DNA from: an uncultured Methanosarcinales archaeon
GTDB lineage: Archaea > Nanobdellota > Nanobdellia > Woesearchaeales > GW2011-AR9
Direction: 5' to 3'
Assembly (NCBI GenBank): GCA_964542815.1
Contig: CAZIUU010000012.1
Location: 1,206 to 10,904 of the forward strand
DNA length: 9,699 bases
Shown here: positions 5,436 to 9,699 of the stretch, piece after piece
How positions within the stretch are numbered: the stretch's first letter is position 1
How the letters are laid out: each line of letters opens with the position of its first letter
Made by a program: the position numbers and the translations under genes
The notes under the pieces: model-generated
The model's database searches: none
Told to the model about the DNA's origin: nothing
What the model saw: the letters and a program-made list of their open reading frames with translations, nothing else

Positions 5436-6212
5436 TTAAAAATTATAAAAAGCCCTTCCTTCAAAAGTAGTATTAGTTTTATTATCTAATTTTCCACCAA
5501 ATTGTAACAGAAATCCTCCCCCAAGCGAGAAGCGAGTTTCGGGTCCAAGAGCAATAGTTCGAGCTGATTTTTTAATTGATTGACCATATATCTGATCTTC
5601 TCCGGTTTGTTTCACCAAACTTTCTACGCCCGCCCAAAACCCGAGATGGGTATAAGCAATGGATAAGCTTCCCTGAAATACATCTCCTAGATCAACACCA
5701 GTTTTAGGATTAGTAGTCTGAAAAGTGTATTCAGTCATTACGTCAATTTCTAAAGAAGAGGCAGTATAAGTTTGAGTTAATCCTAAAGAATTATCAAAAC
5801 GTCCAGTACCCGGGCTTAGTTTTTTGGGATCAAAATCTCCAGTAGGAAACCTAACTTTAAGATAGGGAGCGATAGTCCACTCTGAGGTTAATTTCATAAT
5901 TTGGAGGGTGGTGAGACTTAAATCTCCCACTCCTTCTGTCTCTTGAGTTGGGCTGCTTTTGTAAACAAAAGGAACACTGACCATAGCACCAGCGCCAGAT
6001 TCAGTGAAATATTTCAAGATCAGATTGCTGGTCAGCACATCTATTTCTTTTTCTTTATCTTGATCTAAACGGACAATTTCTAAAACCTGCCTTCCGGTAG
6101 GAACCCTTCTGGCTAAGAGATAATCAGCTTCTGCCTGAAGAGGAAGTAAGGATAAGATTGTTCCAATCACAGCAGTTCTATTTATTGTTAATATGTTTTT
6201 ATTTACCATCAT
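5436..6212 (-). CDS. Secreted beta-barrel protein resembling bacterial outer-membrane 'MetA-pathway of phenol degradation'-type transporters
   Basis: The N-terminus has a signal peptide with an AxA site (...GTILSLLPLQAEA|DY). The mature part shows the alternating hydrophobic/polar pattern of amphipathic beta strands and Gly/Thr/Ser-rich turns. It contains the motifs GVGDLSL and RFPTGDFD. The C-terminus ends ...EGRAFYNF, with a terminal Phe and aromatic/hydrophobic residues at -3 and -5, like the bacterial OMP beta-signal. Confidence 0.6.
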   Translation of the reverse strand: MMVNKNILTINRTAVIGTILSLLPLQAEADYLLARRVPTGRQVLEIVRLDQDKEKEIDVLTSNLILKYFTESGAGAMVSVPFVYKSSPTQETEGVGDLSLTTLQIMKLTSEWTIAPYLKVRFPTGDFDPKKLSPGTGRFDNSLGLTQTYTASSLEIDVMTEYTFQTTNPKTGVDLGDVFQGSLSIAYTHLGFWAGVESLVKQTGEDQIYGQSIKKSARTIALGPETRFSLGGGFLLQFGGKLDNKTNTTFEGRAFYNF

Positions 6213-6742
6213 TCCCCCACGAACGTTAAAATAGCTTCACTTTGTTCGGGATAATTCTCTCTGACATAATTTATTATGCCCATAATTGAATCAAAATGAC
6301 CCGCTTCGCTTAGGTTCTTAGCCAAATAAATCAATTGGTTATAGGGACATTTTTTCTCGTCGATAGCAGCTTTTAACTCATCCGTCGTTACTTTTGTTGG
6401 TTTGAATCTCCAGCGTTTACCACTTTTTTGTTCATAATCAGTTATTATTGCTAGCGCAGGAGTAATACCGAATCCTAATGCAAGTTGTAATGAATAACGA
6501 TCTATTGTATCCGTTTGTGGTTTATTTCTTTCCCAGCTCAAAAAGCCATTATCAACAGCAAAAACTAATGAGCTAAAAAGAGGAGAATGTTGATTGCAAG
6601 AATAACATGCGAACATAACACTAGCATAAATTGCATCTTGATATTCTCTAGTCTCTAAAGCTCTCTTCAAAGCTTCATAAGCTTGGTTGGTTTGAAACTC
6701 CAATGCCTTTAATTGTGTAGGTATTAAGCACATTCTGACCAT
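6209..6742 (-). CDS. Hypothetical protein (177 aa), predicted cytoplasmic, no recognised family; co-operonic with the beta-barrel gene
   Basis: This is a clean ORF. Its TGA stop overlaps the ATG of the downstream gene (ATGA at 6209..6212), and a G-rich SD-like tggggga lies within its last codons. It has no signal peptide and no motif I can name. Confidence 0.5.
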   Translation of the reverse strand: MVRMCLIPTQLKALEFQTNQAYEALKRALETREYQDAIYASVMFACYSCNQHSPLFSSLVFAVDNGFLSWERNKPQTDTIDRYSLQLALGFGITPALAIITDYEQKSGKRWRFKPTKVTTDELKAAIDEKKCPYNQLIYLAKNLSEAGHFDSIMGIINYVRENYPEQSEAILTFVGE

Positions 6743-6843
6743 GTTTATTGTTTTGGAACCGTTTTATTATGTATTGTTATTTTTACTTTTAAGTGGTTTA
6801 AAGCGAAATACTTAAATACTATTTCCCCTCAAGGGGGTTAAAA

Positions 6844-7974
6844 ATGATAGAAAATGCCTTGCGAGAAATAGGATTAACTGAAGGGGAAATCAAGGTATAC
6901 CTTGCTTTATTAGAAATTGGTACAACTACTACTGGTAAAATCATTAAACAATCAAAGATAAGCGCTTCTAAAGTTTACCAAATCTTAGAAAAATTAAGCC
7001 AGAAAGGATTGGTAAGCCAGGTGATAAAACAAAAAACGAGATATTTCCAAGCTGCCGATCCCAAAAGAATTATTGATTATTTATCAGATAAAGAAATTGC
7101 GTTAGGAGAACAAAAAGAAAATATTCAGAAACTGCTTCCGGCATTATGGATTAAACAGCAAAAATCAGAAAGCGGAGCAGAGATGTATCAAGGTTTAGGC
7201 GGAATAAAAACTATGTTTTATTCTATTCTCAATGATTTAAAGAAAAGTGAAGAATATTATGTTATAGGGGCTGGTTTAGGGTTCCAAAATAATGAAATAG
7301 TTCAGCTAATGTTAAAAGAATTTCATCAAAAAAGAGCTCAAAAAGGAATTTTTGCTAATTTATTGTATAATTTTGAGCTTTATCCGCTGACTAAAGAACT
7401 TAAATTTAAACTGTGTAAGATTAAACCAATGCCTCAAGAATTGAGTACCAGTACTCAAATAATGATTTTTGAAGAAAAGATATTTCTTATTCTTTGGAAG
7501 AAAGATCCGCTTGGGTTTGTAATTAAAGATTTGGAACTACGAGATAGCTTCAAAAAATATTTTGATTCTTTATGGAATAGGGACATCCAAACATTTAAGG
7601 GTTATGAGGGAATAAAATCGGTTTTTGAAGATACTTTAAACCATAAAGAAGTCCTGTTTATAGGTGCGGGCGGGTACATCTCCATTAGAATGCCGGAATA
7701 TTGGAAAGAATACAATATAAAGAGAATTGCTCGAAAACAGAAATGGAAAATATTGGCACGAGAATCAATAAAAAACACTCCTCTCATAAAAGAGCGGTTT
7801 ATAGATTACAAAATTCTATCTAAAACTTATCTTACTCCCAACGTAGTTTGGATTTTTGGAGATATGGTTGCGAATGTTCTTTGGACTGAAGAGCCAATCG
7901 CTTTTGTGGTGGAAAATAAAGAAGTAGCTAAAAGTTATCGAGAATATTTTAATAGTCTCTGGAACAAATCATAA
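6844..7974 (+). CDS. TrmB-family transcriptional regulator with a tandemly duplicated C-terminal domain
   Basis: The N-terminal winged HTH is typical of TrmB (LTEGEIKVYLALLEIGTTTTGKIIKQSKISASKVYQILEKLSQKGLV). A coiled linker follows, then two homologous modules of about 130 aa ending FKKYFDSLWNRD and YREYFNSLWNKS. An SD-like gggggt lies 5 nt upstream of the ATG. Confidence 0.8.
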   Translation: MIENALREIGLTEGEIKVYLALLEIGTTTTGKIIKQSKISASKVYQILEKLSQKGLVSQVIKQKTRYFQAADPKRIIDYLSDKEIALGEQKENIQKLLPALWIKQQKSESGAEMYQGLGGIKTMFYSILNDLKKSEEYYVIGAGLGFQNNEIVQLMLKEFHQKRAQKGIFANLLYNFELYPLTKELKFKLCKIKPMPQELSTSTQIMIFEEKIFLILWKKDPLGFVIKDLELRDSFKKYFDSLWNRDIQTFKGYEGIKSVFEDTLNHKEVLFIGAGGYISIRMPEYWKEYNIKRIARKQKWKILARESIKNTPLIKERFIDYKILSKTYLTPNVVWIFGDMVANVLWTEEPIAFVVENKEVAKSYREYFNSLWNKS

Positions 7975-7988
7975 TGATTAAAACAAGT

Positions 7989-8660
7989 CTACTTCTCAAT
8001 CTGTATCCCTACTAATTTAGCTGCGTCTACCGCCAGAATCTTAACCCAGCCAAGATAAGGCACCCTAATCAATCCTTTGCCATAAACCCGACTTTCTTCA
8101 ATCTTAGTTTCGCCCAGCGTTCCGGTAATACTGGCGCTATTGTGATCACCTTTAGTGTGATAGAAATACTGCCCATTTTCCTGCCAGACTTTTACTACGC
8201 GATGAATTATTGGCTGGGGCTTAGTTCCCTGAAATACTAATACATCACCAACTTCAATGTTTCTTTTATTAGCTCTCCACAATAGGATTACATCTCCTTT
8301 ATCAAACCCGTTCTGAAATGAGAATTGAGCAAATTGGGCTTTAGTTATTCCATTGTTTTCATACCAATCTCCGCATAATTTCCAATAATTATCAAATGAT
8401 TCCGGAAACGCTTTAAGACTATACCCACAAATAGCTCCGGCATCAATTCCATGTTCCATGCTTTCGCTGACTACCGCAACTAAAGGATAGCTCGTTCCTA
8501 ATAATAATCCTAGAAGAGGATATACTACAAATTTGATTAGGATAAATGCTACTACCACATTAGCCAGCCAGCTCCAAGCAGAATCGTCTTCCCATAAGAA
8601 GTGCCAGAACTTCTTAAGCCAGTGTTTGGAAGTATTCCTAGACCTATTTATATCCACCAT
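7989..8660 (-). CDS. Signal peptidase I, archaeal/ER (Sec11, S26B) type
   Basis: It has an N-terminal TM anchor (WLANVVVAFILIKFVVYPLLGLLLG), a Ser box VSESMEH, GDVILL/GDVLVF boxes, a His box IIHRVV and the Sec11-type KGDHN motif. These are consistent with the Ser/His enzymes of archaea and eukaryotes. Confidence 0.8.
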   Translation of the reverse strand: MVDINRSRNTSKHWLKKFWHFLWEDDSAWSWLANVVVAFILIKFVVYPLLGLLLGTSYPLVAVVSESMEHGIDAGAICGYSLKAFPESFDNYWKLCGDWYENNGITKAQFAQFSFQNGFDKGDVILLWRANKRNIEVGDVLVFQGTKPQPIIHRVVKVWQENGQYFYHTKGDHNSASITGTLGETKIEESRVYGKGLIRVPYLGWVKILAVDAAKLVGIQIEK

Positions 8661-8683
8661 ACTCCCGCGATTGTTTCGCGGTT

Positions 8684-8697
8684 TAAAAAGCTTTTTA
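8684..8697. promoter_or_regulatory. Perfect 14-bp A/T palindrome (taaaaagcttttta) at the centre of a 59-bp divergent intergenic region; putative back-to-back TATA boxes
   Basis: Read directly from the sequence. Each half-site lies about 24-27 nt from the start codon it faces (8660 on the minus strand, 8720/8723 on the plus strand). That spacing fits archaeal leaderless promoters. Confidence 0.4.
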
Positions 8698-8719
8698 TAT
8701 CCGAAGCTGTTTTCAACTA

Positions 8720-9412
8720 GTGATGGTAAGATTTAAACCGGGAAAAGAGAAACATGCTTTAGATTGGGATGTACTGTTTAAAGCAGTTTTGGTGGTTACT
8801 ATAGTTTTTTCGGCAGCATTACTGGTAGTTAATTACTTTGAGCAGCTTACAGAATACCCTTTAATTATGTTTTTCTCACTGCCAGCAGCTTGGGCAGTAA
8901 TTGGACAGATTCTGGCACATAAGTATAGTTCAGCAGAACAACGAGATATGCATAATGTGTCTGATTTTGGGGTGCTGTCGTTGTGCGGATATTTTGCCGC
9001 ATTTTTTCTCGTTTTGTATGGATTAAAAACCAAAGAAACCATAACTTTTATTTTAGCAGTCATAGTGTTCTTGGTCTTTTATGGATATAGTTGGAAAGTG
9101 TTTAAAGCGTATATGGTGCAAAGAAATATTCATTTTGAATGGGGAATAGCTAAGATAATTCTATTGATACTATTCTTGTTAGCGGTAATTACGGCATTAT
9201 TATCTCAGATGTGGAGTCCACTGTGGGCTTTAGTATTACTGGTTGCAGAAGTAATTTACGTATTTGTGAAGTTCTGGGGGAAACTGACGAAAGCGTTCTG
9301 GTACGCTCAGCGTTATCGTTCATTTATTGTGTTTGGGTTAGTGTTTAGTTTCTTGTCGCTAGTATTGTGGATGTTTGTGTTTGTAGTGGTGGGAGTGATG
9401 ATGTGGGGATAA
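8720..9412 (+). CDS. Polytopic integral membrane protein (about 6-7 TM helices), unknown function
   Basis: The protein has multiple hydrophobic stretches of 20-25 aa (VLVVTIVFSAALLVV, LIMFFSLPAAWAVIGQIL, LCGYFAAFFLVLYG, FILAVIVFLVFYGY, IILLILFLLAVITALL, LWALVLLVAEVIYVFV, FIVFGLVFSFLSLVLWMFVFVVVGV). I recognise no family. Confidence 0.6.
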   Translation: MMVRFKPGKEKHALDWDVLFKAVLVVTIVFSAALLVVNYFEQLTEYPLIMFFSLPAAWAVIGQILAHKYSSAEQRDMHNVSDFGVLSLCGYFAAFFLVLYGLKTKETITFILAVIVFLVFYGYSWKVFKAYMVQRNIHFEWGIAKIILLILFLLAVITALLSQMWSPLWALVLLVAEVIYVFVKFWGKLTKAFWYAQRYRSFIVFGLVFSFLSLVLWMFVFVVVGVMMWG

Positions 9413-9447
9413 ATCTATAAACCTAAACTTAATTTCTCTATAATCAT

Positions 9448-9699
9448 ATGAACACACTTATCGAACGGTTAATTCCCAAGGTTAAACAGAAGAAAGAACT
9501 TACTGGAGTTAGTGATGAAACTGTGAATGAAGTGTTGATTAAGTTATTTAAACGCGAGCCGAAGCTGTTTAAAGAGCTATCAATTAAATTCAACGAGAAG
9601 TCAGCTGTTTACACCCAAACGATTAAATTAGCACGAGCAGAATTACAAGAAATTTTAGATTTACCCCCGGAGTTTTCTCTTGATGCGCCTAAGTTAATA
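9448..9699 (+). CDS. Hypothetical protein, N-terminal 84 codons (open to the right edge of the window)
   Basis: Manual translation from the ATG at 9448 gives MNTLIERLIPKVKQKKELTGVSDETVNEVLIKLFKREPKLFKELSIKFNEKSAVYTQTIKLARAELQEILDLPPEFSLDAPKLI, with no stop before the window ends. A TATA-like tctataaac lies about 30 nt upstream. The ORF is not in the supplied track, presumably because it lacks a stop. Confidence 0.45.
   Translation, partial: MNTLIERLIPKVKQKKELTGVSDETVNEVLIKLFKREPKLFKELSIKFNEKSAVYTQTIKLARAELQEILDLPPEFSLDAPKLI

Noticed and set aside
1-9699. CRISPR arrays, rRNA/tRNA genes, IS elements or transposases, and long direct repeats anywhere in the window.
   Set aside because: Reading both strands, I found no periodic repeat-spacer pattern, no rRNA or tRNA signatures, and no DDE/HUH transposase or recombinase motifs in any ORF.

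Overview
This AT-rich, gene-dense window most likely comes from an archaeal chromosome, plausibly a small-genome DPANN-type lineage. Supporting this are a transcription factor S (TFS) gene, a Sec11/archaeal-type signal peptidase, a TrmB-family regulator, TATA-like boxes about 25-30 nt upstream of several start codons, and GGTGA Shine-Dalgarno motifs. I found no rRNA, tRNA, CRISPR array, transposase or integrase. The contents, left to right, are: (1) The 5' end of an AbrB/SpoVT-type gene. (2) A compact thymidylate module: a P-loop kinase fused to dCMP deaminase, transcribed divergently from a double-length tandem ThyX whose stop overlaps the start of a thymidylate-kinase-family gene. (3) A 490-bp ORF-free gap between convergent genes. 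It contains a 129-bp multi-helix hairpin element whose wobble pairs favour the + strand and which is flanked by near-identical short direct repeats (candidate sRNA or MITE). (4) An orphan 87-aa ORF. (5) TFS, translationally coupled to an uncharacterised 181-aa protein. (6) A two-gene operon encoding an unknown 177-aa protein and a signal-peptide-bearing protein that looks like a bacterial outer-membrane beta-barrel, transcribed divergently from a TrmB regulator with a duplicated effector domain. (7) A signal peptidase with a roughly 50-aa insertion, a polytopic membrane protein and a partial ORF. The items most worth following up are the beta-barrel operon in an archaeal context, the thymidylate module with its fusions, and the hairpin element. 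All product calls rest on motif recognition by eye; no searches were run.
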